Below the pieces are notes generated by a model. It was not told the origin of the DNA and did not search any database. It was given only the letters and a program-made list of their open reading frames with translations. Below are positions 13,430 to 27,590 of a DNA stretch of 64,000 bases, piece after piece. The stretch is from positions 11,203,009 to 11,267,008 of the forward strand of contig MU058781.1 of the NCBI GenBank assembly GCA_013265495.1. Direction: 5' to 3'. The translations under genes were made by a program, and so were the position numbers. The DNA comes from Vicugna vicugna. Its lineage: Eukaryota. How positions within the stretch are numbered: position 1 is the first letter of the stretch; each line of letters opens with the position of its first letter.

Positions 13430-14315
13430 TCCCCCGTCTCATGAAGGACAATATCATCTATCCAGTTGCCTAGGCCAGAAATGCAAAAATCATCCAACTA
13501 ATCTCTCCTCGTTACCCTCATTTCCAACCAGTCACTAAGTCCTGTCTCTCAAATCTGATCCACCTACCATCTCCACAGCCTCTCCCACCAAGAGTACCAC
13601 ATTCATCTCCATTAAGTGGTCTCCTGACCTCCAACCTTATGGTGGCAGCAAGAGTTTCCTGCTAAAATGCCATCAATACTTCCAATTGGTTTTAGAAGAA
13701 AGTCAGAACTCCTTTTAAATACCCTTTTTAAATTGGTCCTTTTCTACTTCCTAAGTCACTTCTCTCCTATAGTTCCATCCCCACCCTTTCCATTCCAACA
13801 CCTTCCCATGATTCAGCCAAGAAAAACTTGTGGAAGTTTTTCAAATGTGCCATATGCTCCCTCATCTGTAGACTTTCACATATGCTGTTCTTTTTGCCTG
13901 GAACACTCTTCCTCCCCCTATTTGCCCAGCTGACATCTACACATCCCTTTTAGGCTTCAAATGTCATTTCTTCCTCATCTGTAGACTTTCACATATGCTG
14001 TTCTTTTTGCCTGGAACACTCTTCCTCCCCCTATTTGCCCAGCTGACATCTACACATCCCTTTTAGGCTTCAAATGTCATTTCTTCCAGGAAGTCTGAGG
14101 ATTCCTCTGGCCTATGGTATCTGCCCCAGTAGCCCCAGTGCCTTCAGTACCTTCCCGTACAGCATGCTTCATTGTGACGGCTTCTTTGCCCATCTGTCTT
14201 CTCCACTACACAACAAGCCTCATGAAGCTGTGAACTTGTCTGGCTTCCCTGCCCTTGCAAATCCAATCAGCATGATGCCTGGCACAGAAACAGGTACTCA
14301 GAACCTTTTTTGATG
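13430..14315 (+). mobile_element. L2 fragment containing a tandem duplication
   Basis: atccagttgcctaggccagaaa, tgctgttctttttgcctggaacactctt and gcctggcacagaaacaggtactcag are L2 motifs. Confidence 0.7.
13860..14087. repeat. Perfect tandem duplication, unit 113 bp x2
   Basis: 13860-13972 is identical to 13973-14085, with 2-bp CC microhomology at the junction. Confidence 0.95.
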
Positions 14316-16348
14316 AAAAAAATTTGTCATATTAACTTTTTATTACCAAAATGTCAGAGCCATAACTTTGTGATTAACATCAATCCATTGAGTTCTAAAC
14401 TCTCCCGCATGCAAGGAGGCCTAAGATAATAGCAGAGGCACAGAGCAACTCATCTCCAGACCCCCCTTCTCTAGACACCACAGACAAAGCCTTCCATAAT
14501 CCTTTAGTATCACTTAGATGGAGTCCTGGAAGACTGCCATTATGATTCTATAGTTCTGTCTATATACTCAGAGTAATCCCATGGTGACTGGGATGCACAG
14601 CTAAACTGACATTGCTTCAGATTAAAATGCAGACATCTAACCAAGATGGTCTTTCTTTGATCAATTCATTTATAATAAGCATTGGACAGGTTCTCTTGAC
14701 ACCAAGTTTGGTGCATACAACTCCAGTATCTTGATACTGTAAGACAAGATCAAAGGGAATTCCTAGACAGATAGAGAATTACAATTTGAATATGGTTATA
14801 CATAAGCAAGTGAATTAGGGAAGTGGAAGAGAGAGAATTCAGGAAATAATAAGAGTCACTAAGTAAAAATCCCAGTGACAAATCACATTGCCTGTATTTC
14901 ATCATATACATACCCATGTACACATGTTTTAGACTAACAGGTAAGATGAACCAAAGTTAATCAATATTATTGATAAAATAATTGTAACAGGAATAATACA
15001 AGGGAATAGCAATCTGATTAGAAGTGCCAGCTAAAGAAAAGTTAATTCAATCCATTTCCATATCCTATTTGACTAAATAAAAATTTGTCATAAGAGTTCA
15101 TGAGAAACAAGCTATACATTTGCAAAAGCCATACTAAAAGAATCTCTATGTTACAGTAAATATAAATATTTATAATTTTTAAATTGATATTTCAAATCAT
15201 TTTTATCTAACCTCTAAAAACCAGCTGTGTAAGACCCTATACTAGCTAATGCAAACCTTGGAGTACTAGAAATTGAGTTATCTGTTCACTACTAGGAAAA
15301 CAGGCTGTGACAATGGAGTTTTATCAACCAGTGTATAAGTTACAAAATGCAACTTGAGTACCATTAGATGACTTCTTTTATAAATATTGCTAAAAGTTGG
15401 TAGCCCAGTTACATTAGGTTGTATAATTTGAAATAGCAAAGGAGGCTCATCAATCTTTGAAATTCAGAAATACTTACTGATAGAAGGTGAGGGGAAAAAA
15501 ACACAAAGAAGCATAGACTGCTGTTAGAAATTTCCTAGAGAGAAATGTTCTGAGTTAAATATTAGACATTGCAAATATACCAAGTCCATTTAGTTTTCAC
15601 TCTCCCACAGTCCCTCACCACCTAGTTCTGCCCCTAGCTAACCAGTGGGCTGAAATCAATCTTATTTCAACAAACCAAACATCCAAACTATGTAATCATG
15701 GGATGACATCTGAGCTTGATCTGGCTGGCTGCTTAAAAAGGAGCCTTTCACAGCAATAAATGGGAATTTTCATTGTTGACCAAGCTAGATACTAAAGCAC
15801 AGCACCTTTATACTTCTTGCTGAAATCAACCAAATGCAAATAGCCCTACCTTCAAAAAAAAAAAAAAGCCTCCATCCACCCATCGATTTTGAAGTACACT
15901 GATACACGTTTTATTTTGTACATAAGGTAAGACTATTAGCATACTACTGCAGGACACAGACCTTTTTGGTTGTTCTCCAGTGTGGGGACAGATGTAAGCT
16001 GAATTATACACTCTTACCTGTGCCTCAACCAACACCACACTTGAGAGGACAGCTGGATGTCTGGGGACAGTCTGGGGCCAGGGACCTAATAGAACTGAGA
16101 GTCCCATGGGGTCCAAGTCCAAGTTCCTGGATTTATTAGCAAGGTCTTCTCACCATGCTACTTCACCAAAAACAGTCCAAGGATTTATTACTGCTCTGTG
16201 CTACTCTGGACCTTTGAAACAAAGTTTCCATAAGTTAGGCATTTAAGATTACGTGCACACACACACACATACACACACACATTCGTTCTAAATTAAAGAG
16301 AAATATATACGAACAAGTTTCTATATCCTAATCAAAAATGAATGTCTT

Positions 16349-16640
16349 GTTACCAGGGGGAAAAGAGAAAGCAGAGGGATAAATTGGGAGTTTGGGATTT
16401 GCAGATACTAACTACTATATATAAAAGAGATTAAACAACAAGGACCTAATGTATAGCACAGGGAACTATATTCAATACTTTGTAACAGCCTATAATGAAA
16501 AAGAATGTGAAAAGGAATATATATGTATATACTTATATAAATATATTTTTTTATATATATATATATATAAAACTGAATCACTATGCTGTACACCAGAAAT
16601 TAACACAACATTGTAAACAGCCTATACTTCAATAAAAAAA
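16349..16640 (+). mobile_element. L1 3' end (cetartiodactyl type)
   Basis: gggataaattgggagtttgggatttgcagatac...gcacagggaactatattcaatac...ctatacttcaataaaaaaa. Confidence 0.85.
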
Positions 16641-19600
16641 GAGAATGTTTCATCACAGATGAATTTATATGCTGATTTCTTATTACTGATTCCTGAGTTT
16701 CACTGACCTTATTACTTTAACACATGACTCTTGGGTTTCTTTTCTGGATGTACAGCGTGTGGAAAAAATTGCAGCCTCTTTGGATAGTTGTGATATCTGT
16801 CAAGGATGCTAGGCTACATCTGGTTCTAAATACAAAAACCACACTCCCAAACAGGAATATTTTCCAAACCTTTTGTGTTCATGGTGTTGCTTCAAATTTT
16901 ATTGCTTAAAAAAAAACTGATTGGAAGTGCCATCAAATTACAGCACATGTTTATTTACACTGAAGAACTCTCTGGAACTTGAGAAATCACAACAGAAGGT
17001 ACCAGTGTGGATTACTGCCAGTCACTCCAGCAGTTTCCTCCCACACACTGCTTCCTCCATGAGGGAGTGTGACATGACAGCCTGGGCAGTGGTCCTTCAG
17101 GCTGCCCAGGAAGACTCTGACAGCAACGTAACCCACCACTCCTCAGCTTAGACAGCAGTCTCAATTCATCTCTGCCATTTTTGTATAGGACTGAAATACA
17201 CGCATCAAGAGAGTGCATTTTTACTTAAAAATAGATGAAAAGGAGATGGCACTTTCCTTCAATCAATGCTGAGTAGTCTTTACCATTTTTTAATAAGCTT
17301 TCTTTCAATCTGACCTAAATTCTTCAAACTTCACACCACAGTGGTAGTTTTGTTTCCCTCTTTTTAGTACCCAGCTGTGATGGAGTAGAGTCTGTTACCA
17401 TATTCTTTAGAAGCATTCAAGCCAATTATTCATTAGGTGTGAATAAATAATTTTCTTTCCTTGGAGTAACAATCTCTGAAATTATTTTTTCATCTGTTTA
17501 TACTTTTTCACATGGCTTTTCTTTTAAAACTCTTTTCAGCATCCTCCCACAACAGTTACCTTGTTGTAATTTCTGACTGGCACATACTGGGTGTCTTTTT
17601 AATATCTGTGTGGCTAGAATACAGCCCACTGCCTGGCATTTAGCGGGCTCTTGATAAATATTCTTGAGAAAATGTGAAAGGATACACGAGCAGCATTCAA
17701 CATACAGTTGGGCATCATTTTACTCGTCTTCCTTGGCTGTACTTTTGCTATTTGTTTGGTCACATTTTCCTATTATTCTTACCATATGGAAGTCATCATA
17801 CTTCCATCATGAACAGTCCCTCTGAATTTATAGGAAAATGCAATAAGCTCATTCTATCAATTATCCTAAAATGTGAACCTAAGGACCAATTTTCTAGTAG
17901 GTGCACAGCAACCATCCACGAAAAGCTTGGTATACCTTGGCAGAACTTTAAATCATACTACGTATTCCTAAAATTTCACCTTCTGTGTTTCCAAAGCTCA
18001 TGCACTATAAGAATAAGAACTTATTTTCTGTTATATACGTACTGTTGTCAGAGTTGCCAAAAAGACCTTATTTTAGCAGCGACAAATGAAATTTCTTATT
18101 GAGAATGGTCTGATACTTTAATTAAGTGATAATTTTAAACACACACAACTAGCTAGCAATTTAACTATTTTATTAGATCCTTTTTCTATTTTTTTCTTAA
18201 AAGGTTGACAATGATTTTATAAATGTTTATTAAATGTCTGTCTGTGCTTAGAACAGCTTATTACTATAAATAAATATATATATATGCTGTAATTTGCACA
18301 TCTTCCAATTTCACATACATTCTAAAATCATGTCAAAATGTCAAATGGAGAATACAAGATATTTGGAACAAAAGGCATGACACATGTGAATGGACAAACT
18401 AATATCACCAGCCTTTTAGTTCTTGATCAGAACTGATGAGGGTTATTAATGGATGTTTTTCCTTAGACCAATATTTTCTAGGTAGACATAAACACTTCTC
18501 TCTCCCTCTTGTTTACACACACACACACAGTTCAGTACCGAGAAAAGAATTAGGACAAAGTGTGAAAGAAAAATGAAATATGACCAGTTGTTCTTTAACA
18601 GAAACTCTGTTTCCTAGAGCCTTGGCAAGGTCAGAGTCACCTTGGAATCACCATGACCACTGATGTGAACTGGCTGTCCTTAAAAAAATGCTTCTTACTT
18701 AGCAGTTACATTAGAGAGACGGGGGAAAGGTGTAAAACAAAAGATTGAAAAGGGCCTTCAGTTATTGTTGAAAGGACTCACAAAAGTGGGTTTTATTTTC
18801 TTAGGTTCTTTGATAAATTAGTAAACTTGACAAACATAATCTGGAACTCTTTCCCCAAGTTAGAGAAAGAAATATTTAGGAGTTTAACTATGTAGTAGCT
18901 CCCTTTTTGAACCCAGAATTCCCAGGCTAAAGATTAGTGAGTTAAACCACATAGTCCCATGCCTTCCTGCCGTAAAGTTAATAATTATACCCAATTTAAT
19001 GTCTAGAAACCCATGCCCAACCAAAAGCCTTTAAGTGGCACAACCCATAGTATGTTTCATTGGAGATGATGCCTAACGATAAAACTGGAATATGAAATTT
19101 TAATGTTATTCAAAATCTCAAAGACAGTCACTGGAGTAACTGACCAGAAGTACAACCTATGTTCCCTCAAACTTTTCAGATAAGGCAACATTCTGAGGTT
19201 TCCAAAATTTTCTTCCTTTCTCTCCTCCTCTCCAAGGTACTCCTGTAGTATACTGTACTCCACTAAGAAGAAACAAAGTCTATCCAAATTCTCCATAAGT
19301 GAAAGTCTAAAATGAGAGAGGTATATTCAAGAGGATTCAATATGGTGCTTACTCAACAAGGAAACTTCTACTCCTTTGGAAAACATTCATTGGTATCTTC
19401 AGATTGTAATGTGAAGATTTCTTTTTATGACAGCATTTCTCCAAACTATAGATAACAACTTAATCCCGGATGGATCACTCAGAAGATGAAACTTACCCCT
19501 TGAAATAACTCTAAACTCTCCAATTCTATGTATTCATGTTCTAAACCTACTTCAGAGTTAATTCTGTGAATCTCTCCCTGTGACTGGGAATAAGATGTGT

Positions 19601-21878
19601 TATCTGACTCAAGAAAATAGTAGTCATCAACAGTATTTAACCAAGGGCGCACTTTTTTCAGCAGACACAAATGATGGCAGGAAATCACCACCTTAGATTA
19701 AGAAAATAGATCTATACTTTTTGTGAAAGGCCAGTGTCTGTCAAGTTTGTTCTCAGATTTTGAACATAGATCAACCTCTAGCTTATAAACTTGTTGAATT
19801 CTTAAAGTTTGATGGTAAATCGCTTGTGGAAAAGAGAGAGAGATTGCTGCCCAGTAAGAATTACACACACACACAAGTGAGTTTCTCCAGGCAGCCCACT
19901 AAAGCCTTTTTGACCTTTGCTCCTCCGAAAATGGCAGTAATAATGCTGTTGAGCCAACAGTTAAAGTGATATCTCTATGGGAAAAGGCATTCAGAGTTCC
20001 CTTTTGGGATTCCAGGAACCCAAAACTCTCCCTTTCTAGCAATGAAAGTAGGGGTTCCCTTGCCCAAAACAGGCTTCACATGTGGTTATGGTGTGAACTT
20101 TGGGGAGGGCGTCTCTGTGTTGAAGATCAAGACTAGAAATGCAAAGTGAAGGCAGTGGACACACTGCTGCCTAGACTGGGAAGAAAGGCCGGGAGCGGAT
20201 GCAAGTGGGAGAGCAGGGCTTGGGGGGCGAGAAAGTGCTGAGCAGCATGGTCCAGCAGTTTCCCACCACCTCTTCCCACATCCTTTGCATCGCTTAGTGT
20301 CTTCTATTTCTTTTTTTTAATCCCCTTTGGAAGGCTTTGTGGGGAAGGGCTGAGAAGAAATGAAAGGCTACAGCAGGGTCTGTGCAGTTAGAGGAAATGA
20401 GAAGGAGCAAGAGTCACCAGAAAGAAGTAGAATGAGGAGAGATGCCGCCTTCTAGCTGGAGACGAGGGGTGGGTTTATCACAGGTCAGATGTGCCTTCAC
20501 AAATCAGAACCTTGTCTGTGTGGCTCGTGCACAGGCCCAAAGCAAAGAGAAATCAATAGTTACTGCTCCAAAGTGGGAGAACAATTGGCAAATTAAATTA
20601 ACTAGAGTCCTTCTGCATGTTTCTTTGTTTGAAGATAATTTTTTAAGGATATTTCAAAAGTGCATTGCACACTTGTTGCACTTTGCCAGACTCAATGTCT
20701 TCATCCAGGACACTGGAATCCAGAGTGAATATCTGCTCACATTTTTCAGGAATTCACACACCTCAAAGTCGGCCACAGAAATTCAGCTTCAGTCATCAAT
20801 TTCAAGCAAGGTAGCTTACCTCAAGTAGTTGCAAATCCTTCAAACAAAATTATACCCAGAACTAATTCACTAATGTCCTTTTTTTTTACTACTTGCTACA
20901 GATATTAATTGGAGGTCATTCTTCACCTGCAATATAAGCACCACCTGAAAAATTTCTGTTTTTGTCTACTTTTTATAAATCTTATCACTTTCATGAATCA
21001 TTAACTTGACACATATTGCAAATCAAACATACAAATAAGAATATTAATTAGTTTAAGCAATGTCTGAGATTAGCACCTCTTCCCAGAAATTATTTGAATA
21101 ATGAAGTTAACCTCATATTATTCAAAACACTGCAAAATTAAAAGGTTTTCCTCCGTAATCTTTTTTTCTAGAGAGTCCTGTTTGGTCCTGTTGGGCATAA
21201 ACATGATATGGGAGGAGTCTCCCTGAAGCTCTGCACTGCAAATGAGAAAAAATTCCTTTTTCTGTTAGCCATTTCTTCCCAGGCAGAACATACCCCATTG
21301 GAAGCACTTGATTATATGGAGTCAAAATGGTAGAAGGGCTGGTGAACAGAATCCCAATCTGGGTTTAACTAGAATTTTCCCTGTCTCACTGGACATTTAA
21401 GGCTGTTGCCTTAACTTTGTTTTTCTATTCTTTTTCTATTTTCTATTTTTCCTTTTTTTTCTTTTTTTTTTTTAATCCATAAACTACAGAGTACATCCTA
21501 TAACATATCCATTAGGGATTTCTCCACTAGGGATTCAGATGCTGTGTGGAACTGAAGTGTTCTGAGTATCTATTTCACAAGATTCGTTTCCAATCTTCTG
21601 CTGCTGACCAGGCTCAAGCGAACTTTAATGCAAGTTAAAATGGTGGCGTTTTCCTCCTATCACAGAAAGTCTTAACAGGCTCCTTTGAAAGCCTCAGGGC
21701 CAGTCAGGGTGATCCTGGCTATTTCAGACATGGGGCCATCAGAAGCAAGTAAGGACAGGGGATGTAGTTTTGACACAGATTGGTAGAACAGTGCTCAGAA
21801 TCTCTTCCCACTTGACAGGGAAAATTCCTATGGATTTCAATCAGAGAACATGTAGCTAGAAAATGGGAAAATAAGAGC

Positions 21879-22601
21879 CAAAAAATGGGCAGAAGATCTA
21901 AATAGACATTTCTCCAAAGAAGACATACAGATAGCCAACAGGCACATGAAAAGATGCTCAGTATCACTAATTATTAGAGAGATGCAAATCAAAACTACAA
22001 GGAGGTATCACCTCACACCAGTCAGAATGGCCATCATTAAAAAGTCTGCAAATAATAAATGCTGGAGAAGATGTGGAGAAGAAAGAATCTTCCTAACACT
22101 GTTGGTGGGAATGTAAATTGGTGCAGCCATTATGGAGGACAGTATGGAGGATCCTTAAAAAACTTAAAATAGAGTTATAATAAGATCCAACAATGCTACT
22201 GGGCATGTATCTGAGAAAACCATAATTCAAAACAACACATGCACCCAAATGTTCACAGCAGCACTACTTACAATAGCCAAGACATGGAAACAACCTAAAT
22301 ATCTATTGGCAGATGAATGGAAAAAGAGAATGTGAGATACACACAGACACATACACATACACTGGACTATTACTCAGCCATAAAAAAGAATGAAATAATG
22401 CCATTTGCAGTAACATGGATGGACCTAGAGATTATCATATCAAGTGAAGTAAGTCAGACAGAGAAAGATAAATATCACATGACATCACTTACATGTGCAA
22501 TCTAAAAAAAATGATACAAGTGAACTTATTTACAAACCAGAAATATACTCACAGGCATAGAAAACGAACTAAGGTTACCAAAGGGGAAAGGGGAAGGGAT
22601 A

Positions 22602-22636
<35 letters not shown>

Positions 22637-22722
22637 ATGTGTAACTGAATCACTTTGCTATACACCTGAAACTAACGTAACATTGTAAATCAACTATACA
22701 TCATAAAAATAATTCTTTTAAA
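21879..22722 (+). mobile_element. 5'-truncated L1 (ORF2 C-terminus plus 3' UTR) with internal (TG)n
   Basis: aaatgggcagaagatctaaatagacatttctccaaagaagac...; peptide NEIMPFAVTWMDLE; flanked by AAGAGC on both sides. Confidence 0.9.
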
Positions 22723-22937
22723 AAAGAGCATATTGTGTCTAGACCTATACATATGGGGACACCTACTCAGTCTGTTTCTGATAATGATCCAAATAAAGGG
22801 TTATCTTTGCCTTAAAACATCTAACATCCTATTTATATACATTAGATAATTTATCTCTTATGATTAGAATGCCGTTCAAATCTCTAAGACACACCATAAG
22901 AAACACAAAATGGCACTGTTACTGTTATTTGCATTAC

Positions 22938-22992
22938 CTCTGTATTCATAACTTCCATTGGTCTTTTCTTGATTTCTCCTATGTCCAAGTAA
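22938..22992 (-). CDS. DCDC2: DCDC2 coding exon 2 (55 nt, (N)YLDIGEIKKRPMEVMNTE)
   Basis: Minus strand reads cccccag|TTACTTGGACATAGGAGAAATCAAGAAAAGACCAATGGAAGTTATGAATACAGAG|gtaatg; phase joins exon 1 in frame (293+55=348 nt); peptide matches DCDC2. Confidence 0.95.
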
Positions 22993-24779
22993 CTGGGGGG
23001 AAAAAAAGAATAAGGGTTTCTTTTATTACTTGTGAGTCAGGTGCGTAAATTTCTTTTTAAAAATTATTAAAAAGTAAAGCAAGCCATAGGAAATCCTTAA
23101 GCCTAAAGCAAAAATCAATAGCTATGAATTAAAAGCAATTATAGTAATAGAAACTGCTTTCAGACACATGTCTACTTGAAACTTAATGAAATTAGTCTTA
23201 GAAATACATCCTTCTACTGGGGAACACTTTTCCCCACAATGGTTAGCTGCTTACTACATATTTGTTATTTCTCATTTTTAGATCAATGTTGATATAAAGA
23301 GTGGTTTCTGTGTAAAGCTGCTTAACAGTTCCATTAATCACAGACTTTAGGCCAAAGAAACTAGAACTGATTGTGTGCATTAGAGTAACAACTGTGAAAG
23401 TCTGGGAGTTCTTTTTCCCTATGAGAGCATCTTAATGATCCAGAAACGCTTAGCCATGTGGGATGGTTTAGGCATTGGTTCAGCTGAGGGACAGATGGGT
23501 GAACCAGTTAACCTCCGGAGACCCCTATTATTCCATTACTATTTGCTACAAGATATTAACTAGTGATCATTCTTTAGCTATAGCAGAAGCACAACCTAAA
23601 AACTTTATCCCTTTGTCAACTTCAAGCCATGTGTCCATCACTGTGATCTGGTTCCACTGTGTTTCATACATGGAAGGTGCTAAATAAATGTTTTAATATT
23701 AAAAATAAGTATAAATCTAGCACTTAATTTATAACCATAGATAGAAAGATACATTCTCTACCTCACTACTGAGCTGCCAAAAAAATATTTGTATTAGAAT
23801 TAATTTTGGCTATATTTTACTATTGTTGTTTTTTGGATAGAACGCTTTAGTTAATCGATACCTCTATAAATTATCATGTATTTTCCTTACATCAAAAGTA
23901 TTTACATAAGACAGTGCAAATGCTCCCTCTGCTTATTAATAAAATTGGTCTTCGAGAAATCTGCAGAGACTGATTTCTGACATAATAACAAAACATTCTG
24001 ACTGTCATGTGCATGAAGGTGATCTCAAATCCACAAGATTAATGTAGTAGAGTTAACTTCCAAAATGCGTAACTGTGAGGAAAATAACAATCTCTAGAAT
24101 TCTCTGCTATAAAAAAGGTTTGATAGCTACCTGAAGTTTAATTATGGTTTCAAAAATATCAGAAAAAATATGAGTAAAAGAAATTCAAGAAGAGTGTTGA
24201 TCATTATCATCTGAAAAATATTTTTCCACCTCAATATCCTTTAGGGTCTACGCGACATAAATTACCCTCAATTATCTTTGGGGCTTTCTTTTGTTCTGCA
24301 AGTTGCTTCATTTGTTATATAAACTTATAACTGTTAAGCTTCAAATATATTCAGCATTTAAATCTTCTTGGCTTCCATCATTATAACCATAGATACTACC
24401 AGATAAATAAACTATCCAACTGTCAGCATGGAAAACTAACCATGGACACTGTTATAACAAACTCAGGGTTTTTTTGTGTGAGTTAAAAGCAAAAATAACC
24501 ATGCAAATCTCCTATATATATATATATATAAAGAGTGATTTGAAGTGCACTTTCTATTTGGTTTGGAACTGTACCTGTTTTTACCTTTTGAGTGCCAAAT
24601 AAACAAAAGAAAATATGAATTACTAAAGTTAAGTCTGCAATTTTGAGTTATTAGTAGATTCTGAAGCAGATTTCCATTCCCATGAAATTTCTTTATATGG
24701 AAATTATTTCATTAAAAATCAATGATGTGTATGATGAAAGGAACGGGACACAGAGATGCTTTACATTCATATGACACTA

Positions 24780-24960
24780 GTGTATGCAAAATACGTTCAC
24801 ATCCATAGCATTTACTTTCTACAACAATGCTGGGAGGTAGGAATGGTTATATTCCTTTTCTGCGTTAGGAAACTGACTAGCTGTGTCAAGAGGCTTGCAC
24901 AAGAATACAGAGCTAATAAATAGGTCAGTCTCAAGTCTCCTGATTCTCAGTTTTAAGCTC
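24780..24960 (-). mobile_element. MIR SINE
   Basis: acaacaatgctgggaggtaggaatggttatattcctttt...ggaaactga...cttgcacaagaatacagagctaataa. Confidence 0.6.
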
Positions 24961-25324
24961 TAAGTTTCTTTGAAGCACAGTTTCATTTAGCTCCTTTCTA
25001 AAGAAAGTAGACAACGCATACTAAAGAAGGTTTCAGGGAAGAGGAAACAAAATCCAAATGTAGCCTCATCTCCCATAAAAAGACCATCTGGCATAACAAA
25101 AAGCAGAACACCTAGAACTCAGTTTAAACAAACACATAAGGAAGGATATCAGATAACTTCAGTGATGCTTGGGAAACTAGTCCTCTACAGTTAAAAATCA
25201 GGATTCACAAGCATAGATTTCCTGGTAAAGATATTTTTTGCCATCCTGAGACTCAAGCTGAATTTTAATTAAATAATTAAAATATTATATTAAAAACTAT
25301 GGGGGAAAGAAACCTACAGAATAT

Positions 25325-26295
25325 AGTTTCCATACAATCCAGCAATTCCACTGCCAAGTATATACCCAAGAGAAATGAAAACTTGTACATGATCGTTCAC
25401 AGCAGCATTACTCATAATAGCCAAAAGTGAAACAATACAACTATCCATCAACTGATTAATAGATAAACAAAAAATGTGGTATAGCCATATCATGGAATAT
25501 TATTCAACAATGAAAAGAATGAAGTACTGATACATCCTACAACACGAAGAGCCCTGATAACGTTATGCTAGGTGAAAGAAGACAGAAATACAAAAGGTCA
25601 CATATTGCATGATTCCTTTCGTAGGCATACCTTATTTTATTGCACTTAACAGCTATTTCATTTTTTTACAAATTGAATCAGGTTTGTAGCAACCCTGCAT
25701 GGAGCAAGTCTATCAGCACCATTTTTCCAACTGTATTTGCTCACTTCATGTCTCTGTGTAATTGGTAATTCTCACAATATTTCAAACTTGCTCATTATTA
25801 TTATATTTGCTATGGTGATCAGTAATCCATGATCCTTGATGTGACTGCTATGACTTGCTGAGGCCTCAGATGATGGTTAGCATTTTTTAGCAATAAAGTA
25901 CTTTTTAAATAAGGCATGTACTTTTTTTAGACATAATGCTGTTCCACATGTAACAGACCACGGTATAGTGTAAATATAACTTTAATGTGCACTGGGAAGC
26001 CAAAGAACACCTGTGACTCACTTTACTGCAATATTTGCTTTATTGAAGTGGCCTGGAACAGACCAGCAATATCTCAAAGGTATGCCTGTATATAAAATGT
26101 CCAGAATAGACAAACCCATAGAGGATAGAGAGAAGGGGAAACCGGGGAGGTACAGGGTTTCTTTTTGGAGTGATGGGAATGTTCTAACATTAGTTCATGG
26201 TGATGGTTGCAAAACTCTATGAATATACTAAAAACCACTAAAATGGGTGGCTTATATTATGTGAAATCTATTTCAGTAAGGTTGTAAAAAAAAAA
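25325..26295 (+). mobile_element. Old L1 (L1MB-like) 3' end split by a Tigger1 insertion
   Basis: ccagcaattccact...acccaagagaaatgaaaac; homology resumes at tataaaatgtccagaatagacaaa after 26090. Confidence 0.8.
25622..26088 (+). mobile_element. Internally deleted Tigger1-type DNA transposon (~465 bp)
   Basis: Terminal inverted repeats AGGCATACCT (25623-25632) and AGGTATGCCT(G) (26078-26088) followed by TA; Tigger1-like internal sequence. Confidence 0.85.
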
Positions 26296-27198
26296 CCTAT
26301 GTAATATTTAATTATTCCTATCCTACAATACCCATCCCCACCAGGAATAATTTCTCTCAATTCCCATATAACTTTATTTTCTTAATTGCACTCTTTTTTT
26401 GTACTTTGCATTAAAATGACTGGTGTGCATGTATTCTCTCTCCTGTTAGATCATGAACTGGGAAAGACAAGGAGTCATGTCTTATATTTGTTCCCTTCAC
26501 AGATCTAAGCACAATCTGCTAATTCACTGAACACGGACAGTGAGCTCCGTGCCAAGAACTGGGGATAAGCACCACTAAGGACCCCTGTCCTTGAAGGTTT
26601 AACTATCGAGTTCCTGGGGACAGACATGTAGACAAATACAGCACACCAAGGAACTTTCCCAAGAATTATGCCAATAGCTTAAACGGGCAGGGTGGGAGGA
26701 GGATCACAGAGTGGGGCGTGGTCGCTTCTACTTAGAATAAAAGGTTGAAAGAATTGAACAGTGGGGTGAAAATGCAGAAAGCATTTTTTTCGGCTGCTGA
26801 CAATATAGTATCCAATACTTCCAAGCAATTTTTAAGAAGTCTTTATTTAATCTAAAAAATAGGTTCCAAGAAAAAAGAAAAAGTGGAAAGAGAAAAAGGA
26901 GAACAGAAAATGCCAAATATCTAACGTGAGGCGTGTGTTACTCTTTCCAAATAGCTAGTCACTGAATAGTTTTTTTTTTCTTAAAGATTCCTGTTCCTTA
27001 TCCATACATTTTAAGTCTGTTCCTACTGCTCCGTAAGTGAAATTTTGTCTCCAATCACACTTTTAAACTCTAACCCCAACTGCAGGGGGGGCTTTCAGTG
27101 GCCAGCCCCTGAACACATCGAAGTGTGGGGTGAGGCGGGTGTTATTCCTTTCCACCTCTGTGGCCCCGGAAATGGGGGGACGGTGGGGACAGACTCAC

Positions 27199-27491
27199 TT
27201 GAGTTTCTTGAAGGCTTCCTGGCCCCCAGCCACGTAGTTGCCCCCACTCTGAATCTGGTCTAGCTTCCGGATACGGTGCCCGGTCCGCGGGGTGTAGATG
27301 TTCCTGACGGCCCCAAAGGGCGCCTGAACGCCGCCGGTCACCTCCTTGAGGAAGACGTCGAAGCTGGACACCCTCTTCTCATGGATGACGACGCGGCGCC
27401 CCGCGAAGAAGGGGTCCCCGTTGCGGTACACCAGCACGCTCTTCACGACCGGCTGAGACAGGTGGCTCGACCTGGCGCTGGTGCTGCTCAT
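27199..27491 (-). CDS. DCDC2: DCDC2 first coding exon (N-terminal doublecortin domain)
   Basis: ATG at 27491-27489; translation MSSTSARSSHLSQPVVKSVLVYRNGDPFFAGRRVVIHEKRVSSFDVFLKEVTGGVQAPFGAVRNIYTPRTGHRIRKLDQIQSGGNYVAGGQEAFKKL matches the DCDC2 N-terminus; 293 nt ending at donor AA|GTGAGT (phase 2). Confidence 0.97.
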
Positions 27492-27590
27492 CTTCCCCAC
27501 GGGACGCCGTCCAGGCTCGCTCCGCAGCGGGGAGGCACCTCGGGTGCCCTAGCGGCCTCACGGCACGGGCTGCGCGGGGTCGCGCCCTGA
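27381..27590 (+). other. KAAG1: KAAG1/RU2AS-homologous antisense ORF (69 aa), coding status doubtful
   Basis: MDDDAAPREEGVPVAVHQHALHDRLRQVARPGAGAAHLP resembles the human KAAG1 N-terminus as recalled; lies antisense to DCDC2 exon 1; C-terminal part diverges. Confidence 0.6.

Noticed and set aside
13860..14087. Repeat arrays considered as CRISPR-like
   Set aside because: Eukaryotic intron; two adjacent copies with no spacers and no cas genes.
1..22937. Short ORFs of 60-142 aa across DCDC2 intron 2, and a search for DCDC2 exon 3
   Set aside because: No recognisable homology or consistent splice structure, and many fall within repeats. The expected exon 3 peptide (VKPVIHSRINVSARF-like) was not found, so it is presumed to lie outside the window.
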